This document shows positions 28,660 to 38,948 of a stretch of DNA of 64,000 bases, in pieces. The notes beneath the pieces are model-generated. The model was not told where the DNA came from, searched no databases, and was given only the letters and a program-made list of their open reading frames with translations. Numbering within the stretch: the stretch's first letter is position 1; each line of letters opens with the position of its first letter. Origin of the DNA: Candidatus Delongbacteria bacterium (GTDB lineage: Bacteria; UBA4055); contig DAIMKZ010000001.1 in assembly GCA_036721445.1 (NCBI GenBank), positions 1,175 to 65,174 on the forward strand, in the 5' to 3' direction. The position numbers and the translations under genes were made by a program.

Positions 28660-30462
28660 TTAATCGTTCCTTCTGTCCATAAGATACCATTTATCGGATT
28701 CGGACAGCGTCTTTTCTTCAGTTCTCTCTTCTTTTTTTACAGGTTCGCCTTCGCTGATTAACTTTTTAGAAGCGAATCTTCCGTAGGTTGTCTGCGGATA
28801 TCTGTCCCTGATCTCTTCATAAATCCGGCCGGCCTTCCCGTAATTCTTCAGCAGTTTTTCTTCTATCATAGCTGCAGCCTGAAGTATCTGCGGAGAAAGA
28901 GGGCTGTCCTGATATTTTCTTGCAATTACAAGATATTCGTCCGCTGCTTCCTGATACAGCGAGTCAAGAAATTTCCCCGACGAAATGTTAAAAAAATATT
29001 TTGCGGAGTCTTCGATCACCTCAACAGGTTCAAGTCCCTCCCTTATCCTTATATAATTCGCGCCTGCAGTCTCAGGGTATTTTAACAGCACCGAATCAGA
29101 TAAATTAGAGTATCTTGCACTGTCGGCCATTATAAGCGAGATCATTGCCGCCGAAGCTTTATGAGGGTAGTTTCTTTCGGCAGACAGCTCTTCGAACAGT
29201 ACTAAAGCAGTATCCTGAAATCCCATTTCGAACATCGCAGATTCTGCGAGTGAATGTTTATCTTTTATATATGACGATTCAAGGCTTTTCTTCTGTTTAA
29301 TAAGCTCACTAGTTTTAGTTTCATCAACCGACCTTTCTATTTTTGCAGCAAGACTGTCATTTATTTCGGGGTACTCTTCCACTTTTTTCTTAAGCGAGCG
29401 GTAGTTCCTGATAAGATTTTTTCTTGCAACCGCCTTCTGATAAAAATCGTTCCTTCTGTCGTACCATCCGCTGGAGTCATACATATCTTCAGCCGAGTAT
29501 AGATCCTTCTTCAGATTGAAATAGTACTCGCCGAAATAATAAGCCGTTTCCGAAAGATCCGGCCCGTTCTTCTGATCCTTGGGATTTGTCCTTAATATCT
29601 CGTCAAGTTTATTATAAGCTTCTTTTTCCATAGCGTTCTGAACATAGAAGTCGGCTAATTTCACATCTCCCTTCAGCGAATATGCCGCATACTCCGGATC
29701 AGAAGTTATTCTCTCCAGTATGGAGACAGCCTCATCAGTATCTCCCAGATTTTTTAAAGCATCTGCGTAATTGAGTGTATATTGAAATATTTTCTCCCTT
29801 TCATTATGAAGATCTATCAGTTTTTTGTTTATTTCCGCGGATGTTTTATATTCTCCTAATTGGTCCGCGAGCACGGAACTGCTTTGAAGAACAGATATCC
29901 TGTCTATATCATTTTCAGCCTTTTCTGCGGATCTCAGCAGACCCTGCAGGGCTTTGACGCTGTCTCCCTGTGAAAGGCTCATTTCCGCGCCCAGTTTCAA
30001 AATTTTGTATGGCTCAATATTTATATTCTCGCTGCTTATTGTTTCCATGATCCTGCCTGCTTCGTCATAATTTTTCAAAGCTATCTCGACTTCAGCCAGA
30101 TATACTTTTGCCTGGTCCCGCAGATCAGAATCAGGGTAGTTAGTCAGAAGTTCGACGAATTTCTTTTGCGCTTTATAATTATCATCCTGTCTCATATAGC
30201 AGAGACCCATCATGAGAAGCGCGTCGTCCACCCACTTGCTGTCTGGATAGAACTCCAGTATCTTTGAAAGTTCTTTTATACTGTTCTCATACAGTGCTTT
30301 ATCGGTAATATTTTTCTCGATCCTTTTTTTTTCAGCTGAATTATAACTTTCCCTGGCGTTAAAATACATATTGTAATAAGCGCATCCCGAAATTATCAAC
30401 ATCCCGAAAAGCAGAAAATATGTACAAATTTTCTTTTTCAAGAATTCATCCTGTTCTTGCAC
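28660..30462 (-). CDS. tetratricopeptide-repeat protein with N-terminal membrane anchor
   Basis: Single N-terminal TM and multiple TPR-like helical repeats. Last gene of a long minus-strand operon. Confidence 0.55.
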   Translation of the reverse strand: MQEQDEFLKKKICTYFLLFGMLIISGCAYYNMYFNARESYNSAEKKRIEKNITDKALYENSIKELSKILEFYPDSKWVDDALLMMGLCYMRQDDNYKAQKKFVELLTNYPDSDLRDQAKVYLAEVEIALKNYDEAGRIMETISSENINIEPYKILKLGAEMSLSQGDSVKALQGLLRSAEKAENDIDRISVLQSSSVLADQLGEYKTSAEINKKLIDLHNEREKIFQYTLNYADALKNLGDTDEAVSILERITSDPEYAAYSLKGDVKLADFYVQNAMEKEAYNKLDEILRTNPKDQKNGPDLSETAYYFGEYYFNLKKDLYSAEDMYDSSGWYDRRNDFYQKAVARKNLIRNYRSLKKKVEEYPEINDSLAAKIERSVDETKTSELIKQKKSLESSYIKDKHSLAESAMFEMGFQDTALVLFEELSAERNYPHKASAAMISLIMADSARYSNLSDSVLLKYPETAGANYIRIREGLEPVEVIEDSAKYFFNISSGKFLDSLYQEAADEYLVIARKYQDSPLSPQILQAAAMIEEKLLKNYGKAGRIYEEIRDRYPQTTYGRFASKKLISEGEPVKKEERTEEKTLSESDKWYLMDRRND

Positions 30463-31943
30463 ATGTCCTCAACAGCTCTGAAATTCACTTTACCATTTCC
30501 CATCAGAGGCAGTTCGTCAAAATAAATGAATTTTTTTGGTATCGAGATCGGAGGAAGTTCGTTACCAAGATTTTTTTTCATTTCTGTATCGCTCACATCT
30601 TTTGTTACAGCCACGACAATATCCGCGCCTTTCGTTATATGAGGTATCTCTACTGCACAGCACTGATATTCTTCCCCTATGTATTTCTCGACCGCATTCT
30701 CCACAGCTGTCAGCGACATCATCTCCCCGCCTATCTTGACAAATCTTTTCAGCCTGCCTTTATGCCAGAGGTAACCATCATCGTCAATAAGCCCGATATC
30801 GCCGGTATCGTACCAGTTGTTGTGTATGTGAAGGGATGTCTCCTCCATATCACCGAAATAACCCTTCATTACAAGCCTTCCTTTTACATATATTTTTCCT
30901 TCCTGACCTCTTGGAAGTTCCTGTTCAGTGTCAATGTCTATTATTTTAACTTCAACATCCGGTAAGGGCTGGCCTATGCTGCCGAACTTGTTGTTCTCAA
31001 AAGTATTTACAGATATTACAGGGCTTGTTTCAGTCGTACCATAACCTTCGAGGACATCGACACCGTGCTTGGATTTATAGCTGTCTTTAATATTTCTGGT
31101 AAGCTTGTCGCCGCCGGCCATTATTATTCTCAATGTTTTAAAATCGCCGGGTTCTGATTTCTGGCAGTACCCTCTCAGAAAAGTCGGAGTTGCTGTAATT
31201 ATCGTATTGCTGTTCTTTTTTATTCCTTCAGCCACGAATTTATATTCAAGAGGATTCGCATAGGTATTGACAGCAGAACCTGAAATCAATGGTAAAAAAA
31301 ACGAGGTTGTTAAACCGTAAATGTGAAAAAGAGGAAGAACTCCGGTGAAAATATCTTCCCTGCCGAAATAGAAAAGTTTTCTTAACGCATCAATATTGGA
31401 CAAAATGCTGTCGTGTGTAAGCATTACGGCTTTCGGTTCTTTTTCGCTTCCAGTTGTGAACAAAAGTACCGCAATATCCCCGGGAGCTTTTTTTGCCGCG
31501 AAAGTAAAGGGTGAAAAGGATTTTACAAGAGCTTTCATCTTCTGGTAAAGACTGAGGGATGCGACTATATCTTCGGCGAATATCATGTTGTCATCCTCTT
31601 TCACTCCGAGTCTCTCGCACAATTTTCTTGAAGTAATCACGGTCTTGAATCCGCATCTTCTTCTGGCGTAAGCTATGTTATTCTCCGCACCTGTCGAATA
31701 ATTTATCATGACGGGAACTTTCCCCGATATCAGCACGGCCAGAAGGCTGATAAACGCCCCTCCGGACATGGGCATCATCAGTCCAACGAACTCGTCGTCA
31801 TAACCGTTGATCAGGTCGCTGAAAATGAACGAGGATATCAGCATTTTCTTGTATGAATAGTTTTTACCTGTGGCGCTGTCGATAATGGCTGTATGGCCTT
31901 TGAGATCCAGTGCTACTTTGATTATTTCTTCATGAAGACTCAT
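30438..31943 (-). CDS. AMP-dependent synthetase/ligase (acyl-CoA or acyl-ACP synthetase-like)
   Basis: 'LLFTTGSEKEPKAVMLTH' AMP-binding motif, 'EGYGTTETS' and 'YDTGDIG'. Confidence 0.7.
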   Translation of the reverse strand: MSLHEEIIKVALDLKGHTAIIDSATGKNYSYKKMLISSFIFSDLINGYDDEFVGLMMPMSGGAFISLLAVLISGKVPVMINYSTGAENNIAYARRRCGFKTVITSRKLCERLGVKEDDNMIFAEDIVASLSLYQKMKALVKSFSPFTFAAKKAPGDIAVLLFTTGSEKEPKAVMLTHDSILSNIDALRKLFYFGREDIFTGVLPLFHIYGLTTSFFLPLISGSAVNTYANPLEYKFVAEGIKKNSNTIITATPTFLRGYCQKSEPGDFKTLRIIMAGGDKLTRNIKDSYKSKHGVDVLEGYGTTETSPVISVNTFENNKFGSIGQPLPDVEVKIIDIDTEQELPRGQEGKIYVKGRLVMKGYFGDMEETSLHIHNNWYDTGDIGLIDDDGYLWHKGRLKRFVKIGGEMMSLTAVENAVEKYIGEEYQCCAVEIPHITKGADIVVAVTKDVSDTEMKKNLGNELPPISIPKKFIYFDELPLMGNGKVNFRAVEDMCKNRMNS

Positions 31944-32431
31944 GTAATATCCTGAATTTTTTTTAATGTTGAAGTTGTTGATCTGAAAGGAATTAGAGGG
32001 ATGACTGAAACTCTGCCCCCGTTCATCTTCACGATATCGGAACCGACAATATATTTCTTGCTGGAAGGATCTGTTTCATCAGGGTCATAATCGCCGCCTT
32101 TTATAAGAATGTCAGGAACGATGTTTTCAATAAGTCCCAGAGGCGTGTCCGTTCCGAATATGACAGTATAGTCAACCGCTTTCAGAGAATCGATCAAATA
32201 CGCTCTGTCCGACTCACAGTTAACAGGCCTGCCGTCACCTTTAAGTCTTTTTACAGACAGGTCGCTGTTCACACCTACAATGAGTATTTCCCCGAGCTTC
32301 TTCGCGCTGTTAAGATACTCTGCGTGACCTCTGTGAAGGATATCGAAAACCCCGTTCGTAAAAATTATACTTTTCCCGGACTTCCTGAGCTCCGGAACAG
32401 TTTTAAACAGCTCTTTTTCGGACAGTATCAT
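31940..32431 (-). CDS. hldC: D-glycero-beta-D-manno-heptose 1-phosphate adenylyltransferase (stand-alone HldE domain II-like)
   Basis: 'FTNGVFDILHRGH' cytidylyltransferase-fold HxGH motif of RfaE domain II, 163 aa. Confidence 0.7.
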   Translation of the reverse strand: MILSEKELFKTVPELRKSGKSIIFTNGVFDILHRGHAEYLNSAKKLGEILIVGVNSDLSVKRLKGDGRPVNCESDRAYLIDSLKAVDYTVIFGTDTPLGLIENIVPDILIKGGDYDPDETDPSSKKYIVGSDIVKMNGGRVSVIPLIPFRSTTSTLKKIQDIT

Positions 32432-33442
32432 TTATTTCCCTTTTATTATTACACCGGATTCTTCCAGTCTTATTTTCAGCTGAACAGGATCAACCGGTAT
32501 TATGCTGACATCTTCAACAACGATGGACGCGGCGAAGTTTGCTATCGTACAGGCTTCTTCAAAAGAAGAACCGGCGCACATGAAGGCCACAATCGACGAA
32601 ATCACTGTGTCCCCGGCTCCGGAAACATTTGCTATCTTAGCCGACTGTGCCGGAACGATCTTCATAATTGCGTTACTGTCGAAAACGGCCATTCCCCGTT
32701 CACTCAAAGTGATCACCAAATGTTTTAGTTCGAGCCTGTTCATAAGATCGATCCCGGCTTTCTCGATTTCACTTTCGGTCCTGATCTTTCTCTTAAGAAT
32801 ATCCTCGGCCTCTTTCAGGTTGGGCTTAAAAACATCTGCACCTTTGTAACTTAAGAAATTCTTCGATTTCGGATCGACAGCTGTCAGTATCTTTTGTTCA
32901 GCCGATATTTTCATGACGCTTTTTATAATATTAGGAGTCAGAACGCCTTTGTTGTAATCCTGAAATATAACGGCGTCCATCCTGCCGGATATACCTGCGA
33001 ACGACTCAATAAGCTTCTTTTCAATATTTCCCGAAATATAATCCGTGCTTTCTTTATCGAACCTGACTACATGCTGATTTAAGGCGAGTATCCTTGTTTT
33101 CACTGTGGTCGGTCTTTTTTTGTCGATCAGAATGTTTCCCGTATCCAGACCGTGCGTCCTGAAATTGTCGATAAAGGACGATCCGCTCATATCGCTTCCT
33201 ATGACGCCAAAAGAATGCGCTTTAGCTCCAAGAGACATCACATTAAGACTTACATTCGCAGCACCGCCGGGTTTGATCTCCTCTCCGGTAACATTTACAA
33301 CAGGCACGGGAGCTTCGGGGGATATTCTTTCTGTTCTTCCCCAATAATAGACATCGAGCATCACATCGCCTATTACGGCTATTTTCACACCCTTCATCGC
33401 CTTCAGAAAATTCTCATATTCTTTCTGTCTGATCTTTACCAT
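32432..33442 (-). CDS. hldA: D-glycero-beta-D-manno-heptose 7-phosphate kinase (stand-alone HldE domain I-like, PfkB family)
   Basis: 'IAVIGDVMLDVYYWG...RISPEAPVPVV' and C-terminal 'VSGAGDTV' PfkB motifs. Confidence 0.7.
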   Translation of the reverse strand: MVKIRQKEYENFLKAMKGVKIAVIGDVMLDVYYWGRTERISPEAPVPVVNVTGEEIKPGGAANVSLNVMSLGAKAHSFGVIGSDMSGSSFIDNFRTHGLDTGNILIDKKRPTTVKTRILALNQHVVRFDKESTDYISGNIEKKLIESFAGISGRMDAVIFQDYNKGVLTPNIIKSVMKISAEQKILTAVDPKSKNFLSYKGADVFKPNLKEAEDILKRKIRTESEIEKAGIDLMNRLELKHLVITLSERGMAVFDSNAIMKIVPAQSAKIANVSGAGDTVISSIVAFMCAGSSFEEACTIANFAASIVVEDVSIIPVDPVQLKIRLEESGVIIKGK

Positions 33443-34053
33443 GGTGTTTTTCCTTTTTTTACATTACCGGCTTTATCAACAAAATAAAACTCGGACGACA
33501 ATCTGAACATTTGCTCATCTCCCCTGGAATTTCCGAAACATATGATCCTGTACTCCGGATCATAGAACTCCGACTCTTTTATCCTGATTACTTTTTCGGA
33601 GTAATTGCAGTTCTTTCTTTTCAGCCTTCCTGTTAATATCCCGTGCTCTTTTTCTGTCTCGGTGCAGATGCAACCGTCAAAACCGCGTTTCTTTGAAACA
33701 TAATCCATATAAATATCGGGTGATGCCGTTACTACTATTATTTTACAGCCCAGTTTTCTAAAACTGTCTATTTTTGCTTTGACTTTGGGGAATATATGAA
33801 GCTGCCTGTTGAAACTTTCAAGTTTTTCACTGATTTCGCCTGTGCTCATACCCTTATAGATCAGTTCAAAACTTCTCTTTTTTGCTTCATCTCTCGTAAT
33901 GAATTTAAAATAATATTCTACCACGATGAAAATAAGGTCGGGTAGCGATTTGAAAAATTTCTTATAACCCGAGAAAAACAGCAGTGACCTGAAATAAGAA
34001 TCTCCCTTTATATAAGTACCGTCAAAATCTGTAAATACAATCCTGCCGCTCAA
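33436..34053 (-). CDS. HAD-IB family phosphatase (candidate GmhB-function analog)
   Basis: Motif I 'FTDFDGTY', 'VVTASP', C-terminal 'FGNSRGD'. Sits between the CDP-alcohol transferase and the heptose kinase. Confidence 0.5.
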   Translation of the reverse strand: MSGRIVFTDFDGTYIKGDSYFRSLLFFSGYKKFFKSLPDLIFIVVEYYFKFITRDEAKKRSFELIYKGMSTGEISEKLESFNRQLHIFPKVKAKIDSFRKLGCKIIVVTASPDIYMDYVSKKRGFDGCICTETEKEHGILTGRLKRKNCNYSEKVIRIKESEFYDPEYRIICFGNSRGDEQMFRLSSEFYFVDKAGNVKKGKTPW

Positions 34054-34067
34054 AACTTCGCTCCGTA

Positions 34068-35630
34068 TTATTTTACTTCAACAAATATCTTCTTACTCCT
34101 GCTTCCGTATGAAATTATATTTCCTTTTACTACACTAATTCCCTTAAGATCGCTGTCAGGAGCTGTTAATACCCTTTTTATCGCATTTTGGATACTTCCC
34201 TGGAAAACAGATTTCTCAATATCTACAGTATATATAAGATCCTTCCCTATTTTATTTGCTATCATAAAGATATTTCCGTTTTTTGAGGATAGGTTCTTAA
34301 TATAGAATTCGCTCTTGATCTTAAAACTGCTCTGAGAGAGAAGATCCGTTGTATTTTTGAGTTCCGCGACAGGACAGAAATAAAGATGTCCTGAATAAAT
34401 ATAATCGTTGATCAGAAGATATTTTACTGAATTGAATTCTGCCGCACCGAGAGTGGAAGAAGAGGATAATCCTGTTGAAAACTCGTTCGTAATATGAATT
34501 TTCTTTGACAGCATCAGGCTGTCCTTCTCTATCTCAATCACTTTATTTATGCTATCGTCGATAAGATAAATATGCTCTCCGATATTTTCGATATCCTTGA
34601 CATTGGTAATAGATTCCGGAAGATCGCAGTAGAATTGCACGGCTCGATCATTATCTATGCTGTTGTAGACGTATAATCTTGACAATCTGTTTTTTCTGGA
34701 TGCAGCTATTATTATCCTGTCATCAGTGCTTGTTATACCCGCTATTCTCAGATCGTCATTTTTCTCGATATTTATCAGATCATACGACTGCCATTTGATT
34801 GCTTCAGCATTGCTTTCAAATTTATTTTTTACAAGATCGAGAAAATATGGAGAGATCAGGAACATAAGCACTATCATGAATATACTGCTTATATAATTGT
34901 ATACTTTTCTGTGACCCGGAGCAAGGCTGAAGAGATAATCGATCAGGGAATAAAGAGTTACGCTGATAACAAGGAACGAAATAAGGAACGTTACCAGATA
35001 GCTTATTTTAAAATCGATGTAGTTCAAAGACAACATCATGGCAGAAAGTACAACCATAAGTCCTATAATGGTATAGAGGAGCCCTCCTTTTATTTTGAAA
35101 ATATAAACTACCAGAAGGTTCAGCGCAATGCCTGTCATTAGTGAGTAGATCAGAAAGCGTCCGGGTATAACCCCGCTGTCCTGGATTGTGTTTATCATCA
35201 GCGCGTACATAAGCAGGTACTGGCCTCCGAACTGAACTCCTCCCTTCAGCTTTCCCGAAAACCTGGCGCCCATCACAGTGCCTGAAAAAGAAGCGAATAT
35301 TCTTACATAGGCGACAACAATATCCCTGAAAAAAAAGAATACTATGAACCATATGGGGAAAAGTCCGTGATAAGCCAGCGCGAAAAAATAAAAGAATCTC
35401 GATATGGAATCCGAGAGAGGATCAAGTATCTTTCCCAGATCGGTAACCAGCTTGTCTCTTCTCGCAACATATCCGTCGATTATATCTGATACTTCGGAAA
35501 GGCTCATTATAACATAAGCAATGATAAGAAGTTTGATATTACCGCTGAATATCAGAAGAACTCCTATTATCGTGAGTATTATCCTTGATACGGTTATCGC
35601 GTTGACCTTATTATAGTACTTTGAATCCAA
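34068..35630 (-). CDS. CDP-alcohol phosphatidyltransferase family protein with about 270 aa C-terminal extramembrane domain
   Basis: Exact D-x2-DG-x2-AR-x8-G-x3-D-x3-D motif ('DIIDGYVARRDKLVTDLGKILDPLSD'), about 8 TMs, then a soluble C-terminal domain of unknown fold. Confidence 0.7.
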   Translation of the reverse strand: MDSKYYNKVNAITVSRIILTIIGVLLIFSGNIKLLIIAYVIMSLSEVSDIIDGYVARRDKLVTDLGKILDPLSDSISRFFYFFALAYHGLFPIWFIVFFFFRDIVVAYVRIFASFSGTVMGARFSGKLKGGVQFGGQYLLMYALMINTIQDSGVIPGRFLIYSLMTGIALNLLVVYIFKIKGGLLYTIIGLMVVLSAMMLSLNYIDFKISYLVTFLISFLVISVTLYSLIDYLFSLAPGHRKVYNYISSIFMIVLMFLISPYFLDLVKNKFESNAEAIKWQSYDLINIEKNDDLRIAGITSTDDRIIIAASRKNRLSRLYVYNSIDNDRAVQFYCDLPESITNVKDIENIGEHIYLIDDSINKVIEIEKDSLMLSKKIHITNEFSTGLSSSSTLGAAEFNSVKYLLINDYIYSGHLYFCPVAELKNTTDLLSQSSFKIKSEFYIKNLSSKNGNIFMIANKIGKDLIYTVDIEKSVFQGSIQNAIKRVLTAPDSDLKGISVVKGNIISYGSRSKKIFVEVK

Positions 35631-35705
35631 TTTTCCGCCGTTTATCTTTATATCAGATAAGAATATAATAAATTATAATTGTATTGTCATCATAAATGTT
35701 GAATC

Positions 35706-36830
35706 CTAGTCCGCAATTTTCACCAGTTCCTTCTCTATACTTTCCCAAACAAGTTCTGATTCAGCTTTTATACAATTGCTCTTATATGAATTGTATTTTC
35801 TATCATCATTAAGCAGACCGTTTATCTTTTCAGCTATAACATCTTCATTTTCCGGATCAGTAACTTCACCGACGTTGTAACCTTTAATATATCTCGACAT
35901 TTCAGGAAAATCGGATGCTATCTGCGGGATTTGAGCCTGTATCAGTTCGAACATTTTATTCGGTGCGGAATAGTAATAGCTTTTACCATAATTCTTTATC
36001 AGGCACAGACCGATATACGCGCAGACTGTGTAATTGATAAGTTCACTGTGCGGAAAAGGACCTGCAAAATATACCCGGTGACCTATGCGGAGCTTAGCTG
36101 CGAGATCTCTGAGCCTGTACTTTTCCGATCCGTCTCCGATAAGAACAAGAACGGCGCACTCATCAACCTTTACGAACGATCTGATAATTCCGTCCAAACC
36201 GTTGTTTACAAGAAAATGACCCTGATACAGAACGATCCTCTTGGCCTTATCGATACCTGCAGTATCGTGAAGAATATCCTTGTTTGCAGGGATATCTTTC
36301 TTTAACGGCAGGTTCGTAAAGACACGAACTTCCTTAATCCTGTATATACTTTCGAGCTCTTTCGCTATAGGTGCTGATACTGTGATGACACTTTTTGCGC
36401 CTTTAATAAAGGCCTTTTCATAACTGGTCCAGAATTTTTTAGCCGCGGGTCTGTCCTCGACCTGCGAATTTCCGTGCCAGAATTCATGAGCGTCGTAGAT
36501 ATAAGGTTTCCTTTTGAGTCTCGACGCAAAAAAAACAGGAAGCAGAGGAAAGATGTCGTGAGAATAGAGGACCGTGCATTTTTCGAAAATAAGAACCAAG
36601 AAAAGTTTTACCCAGAATATCATAATGTTAAGGACAAGCGGCAGAGTTTTAAAAAGTCTGATCCTCTCGTTTTCTATCCCTTCCCAGCCTTTAAGTTCAT
36701 CATTATCATACCTGATACCTATTACTTTGACCTCATAGCCGTTTTTCAAAAAGCTACGCGCGACCTTGTACCCCCTATACTCATGGTGAAGCGTGTCAAA
36801 AACAGCGAATATTATCTTTTTTCTGATCAA
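35706..36830 (-). CDS. glycosyltransferase family 4-like (GT-B)
   Basis: 374 aa GT-B architecture. C-terminal half has an EX7E-like region ('GEVTDPENEDVIAEKI'). Confidence 0.55.
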   Translation of the reverse strand: MIRKKIIFAVFDTLHHEYRGYKVARSFLKNGYEVKVIGIRYDNDELKGWEGIENERIRLFKTLPLVLNIMIFWVKLFLVLIFEKCTVLYSHDIFPLLPVFFASRLKRKPYIYDAHEFWHGNSQVEDRPAAKKFWTSYEKAFIKGAKSVITVSAPIAKELESIYRIKEVRVFTNLPLKKDIPANKDILHDTAGIDKAKRIVLYQGHFLVNNGLDGIIRSFVKVDECAVLVLIGDGSEKYRLRDLAAKLRIGHRVYFAGPFPHSELINYTVCAYIGLCLIKNYGKSYYYSAPNKMFELIQAQIPQIASDFPEMSRYIKGYNVGEVTDPENEDVIAEKINGLLNDDRKYNSYKSNCIKAESELVWESIEKELVKIAD

Positions 36831-37615
36831 TTAAGTATATCTTTATTTAATCTGTAGAATCCCTTAAAATTTTCAGGTTTAAGCCAGTAATAGCTCAATC
36901 CCTGCGTGTCTGATTTAACTACTTTATTTTTTGATTCCGACGCGTAAATAACATTAAAACTGTCTGGGGATGAAACATCCGTTATCATTCCGAACATTCC
37001 GTCATTCAATACTACCAGATCTCCGTTCCTGATATCGTTTTTCTTTAACTTTGATGAATTTTTTAGTATTTCTTTTGAATCCATGTAACCTTTGAACTTC
37101 ATCTTGTTCTCTGCAGCGGAATTTCTCCATATAGCACATATAAGATGTGAATTGTCCGCAGCTCTGTCTTTATCCGGATCGGCACCGAGCCTGAATTTCA
37201 GGCCCTCATATTTTGACGCCCACTTATTGACCGAAACCGCGAAATTTAGAGGTACGGATACGGTCGGATCTGCGCTTTTCTGTTCGAAATTTGAGGCGAA
37301 TTCATCTTCGAACTGTGCGGTCATTTCATCCTCTCCGTCAAAATACTCGCCGTCAATTCTGTTCTGTTCGGCATCGTCCGCCGCCGGATCGAATTTCTGT
37401 TCTTTTTCCGAGGCAGCAGACGCTTTTTTATCTTTAAGATTTTCAATTTTTTCACCGGTCCTGACATTTTTATCATGGTCATAGAACATAAAATACCAAA
37501 CAGCAGCTGCTGCAATTACAAGAATAATCAGTGCCGTGAAAATATCGAAAATGCGGGCAAAGAAACCTCCTTTGCTTTTCTTACTGCTTTTTTTCATTCT
37601 GCTTTTTTTTGCCAT
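36827..37615 (-). CDS. membrane-anchored hypothetical protein
   Basis: Basic N-terminus, one TM, acidic low-complexity linker, about 130 aa C-terminal globular region. ATGA-coupled to the GT4 gene. Confidence 0.4.
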   Translation of the reverse strand: MAKKSRMKKSSKKSKGGFFARIFDIFTALIILVIAAAAVWYFMFYDHDKNVRTGEKIENLKDKKASAASEKEQKFDPAADDAEQNRIDGEYFDGEDEMTAQFEDEFASNFEQKSADPTVSVPLNFAVSVNKWASKYEGLKFRLGADPDKDRAADNSHLICAIWRNSAAENKMKFKGYMDSKEILKNSSKLKKNDIRNGDLVVLNDGMFGMITDVSSPDSFNVIYASESKNKVVKSDTQGLSYYWLKPENFKGFYRLNKDILN

Positions 37616-37642
37616 AATCTTTCATCCCTGTTTTTACATAAT

Positions 37643-38221
37643 TCATATCAGATATACAAAGAGCTGAAAACATCCTATTATGAACCCGAGCACTCCGCCG
37701 AAATAAGTTACATATGCAAGCTGTGTTCTCGTTACGCTCAGGATTATCTCTTCAAGCCTTTCAAGTGAAAATTCTCTTACTTTTGTTTTTACCGTCTCCC
37801 TGATGTCAAGTTCTTCTAGTACTGCGGGAAGCTCTTTATCCATCATTTCGATCACTTTATCAGAGATCATCTTTTTAATATCGGATGTTATGAAGGACGA
37901 GAGAATTCCGAACTGACCGTACATATTTTCGAGAGCATCGTATATCTTTCTTCTTACAGATTCTTTTCTGAATAGTTCATGAAGCGAATCGTTCGTCAGA
38001 AGGTGATCCCCGACAGTGTTCCCAATTTTCTCGGCAAGATTATCGTGCTCTTTGGGTATTACCCCCGGAGTAAAAGGAATCCTGAGCCCGAAGATGATCA
38101 CAGGATTGAACGGCCTGAAAAGCATCTTTATTGCGAGATAGTTGGTAAGCAACCCGATCAGCGCACCTATCAGCGGTGGCAGTATATACTTCAGAATTTC
38201 AATACTCAATTCACACCTCAT
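37643..38221 (-). CDS. small membrane protein (possibly DUF445-like)
   Basis: N-terminal TM 'LPPLIGALIGLLTNYLAIKMLFRPF' and C-terminal TM. Weak resemblance only. Confidence 0.3.
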   Translation of the reverse strand: MRCELSIEILKYILPPLIGALIGLLTNYLAIKMLFRPFNPVIIFGLRIPFTPGVIPKEHDNLAEKIGNTVGDHLLTNDSLHELFRKESVRRKIYDALENMYGQFGILSSFITSDIKKMISDKVIEMMDKELPAVLEELDIRETVKTKVREFSLERLEEIILSVTRTQLAYVTYFGGVLGFIIGCFQLFVYLI

Positions 38222-38948
38222 TTGTTTTTACAGCTACTGCCTGATACCTGTCAAGTTTCTTGTTCCGCGTCTGCTTTCTGCTCAGGAAAGGAAGCAGTTT
38301 TACTAATTTAAATCCGTTTTGTTTTAGAAGCTCTTTTATCTCTGTTGGTGAATAGCCTCTTTCATAATGAGTTTCCTCAAAAGTGACGAACCTTCCGTCC
38401 TTTTCCTTTATAAAGAACTTCATCCTGCATTCCAGAATAAGAGTGTCCATATCGAATTCGGAATCATAGGAAATAAAAAAATCTTCAGTCTCCTCGATCT
38501 TAACCCCTTCCCATTCATTTACAAGACCGTAGATCGAATTAAAATCGAACAGGAGAAGACCGTCTTCATTTAAAACTTTATTACAGCCTCTGAAAAACGA
38601 TAACAGATCTTTGGTTTTTTTAAGGTAATTCACAGTATCGAAAACTGATATCAGATTATCATATTTTTTGTCCGATCTGAAATTTTTCATATCGCCGACG
38701 GCAAATTCGCTTCCGGGCAATTTTTTCCTGGAAATATTCACCATTTCACGGCTGATGTCGAAACCTGACACTTTGTAACCAAGCTGCCTGAAGTAGACAA
38801 GCTCCTCGGAAGTACCGCAGCCGGCATCCAGTATATTTGTCCTTTTTCCTCCTGACGACAAGATAAGATCATCTAGACAGTCAACGAGCTCCTGATAATC
38901 AAAAGGGCTCATTATAAGATCGTAATACTTCGCAATTCTGTCAAACAT
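38211..38948 (-). CDS. class I SAM-dependent methyltransferase
   Basis: 'ILDAGCGTSE' motif I and 'FDIS' motif II. Confidence 0.65.
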   Translation of the reverse strand: MFDRIAKYYDLIMSPFDYQELVDCLDDLILSSGGKRTNILDAGCGTSEELVYFRQLGYKVSGFDISREMVNISRKKLPGSEFAVGDMKNFRSDKKYDNLISVFDTVNYLKKTKDLLSFFRGCNKVLNEDGLLLFDFNSIYGLVNEWEGVKIEETEDFFISYDSEFDMDTLILECRMKFFIKEKDGRFVTFEETHYERGYSPTEIKELLKQNGFKLVKLLPFLSRKQTRNKKLDRYQAVAVKTNEV

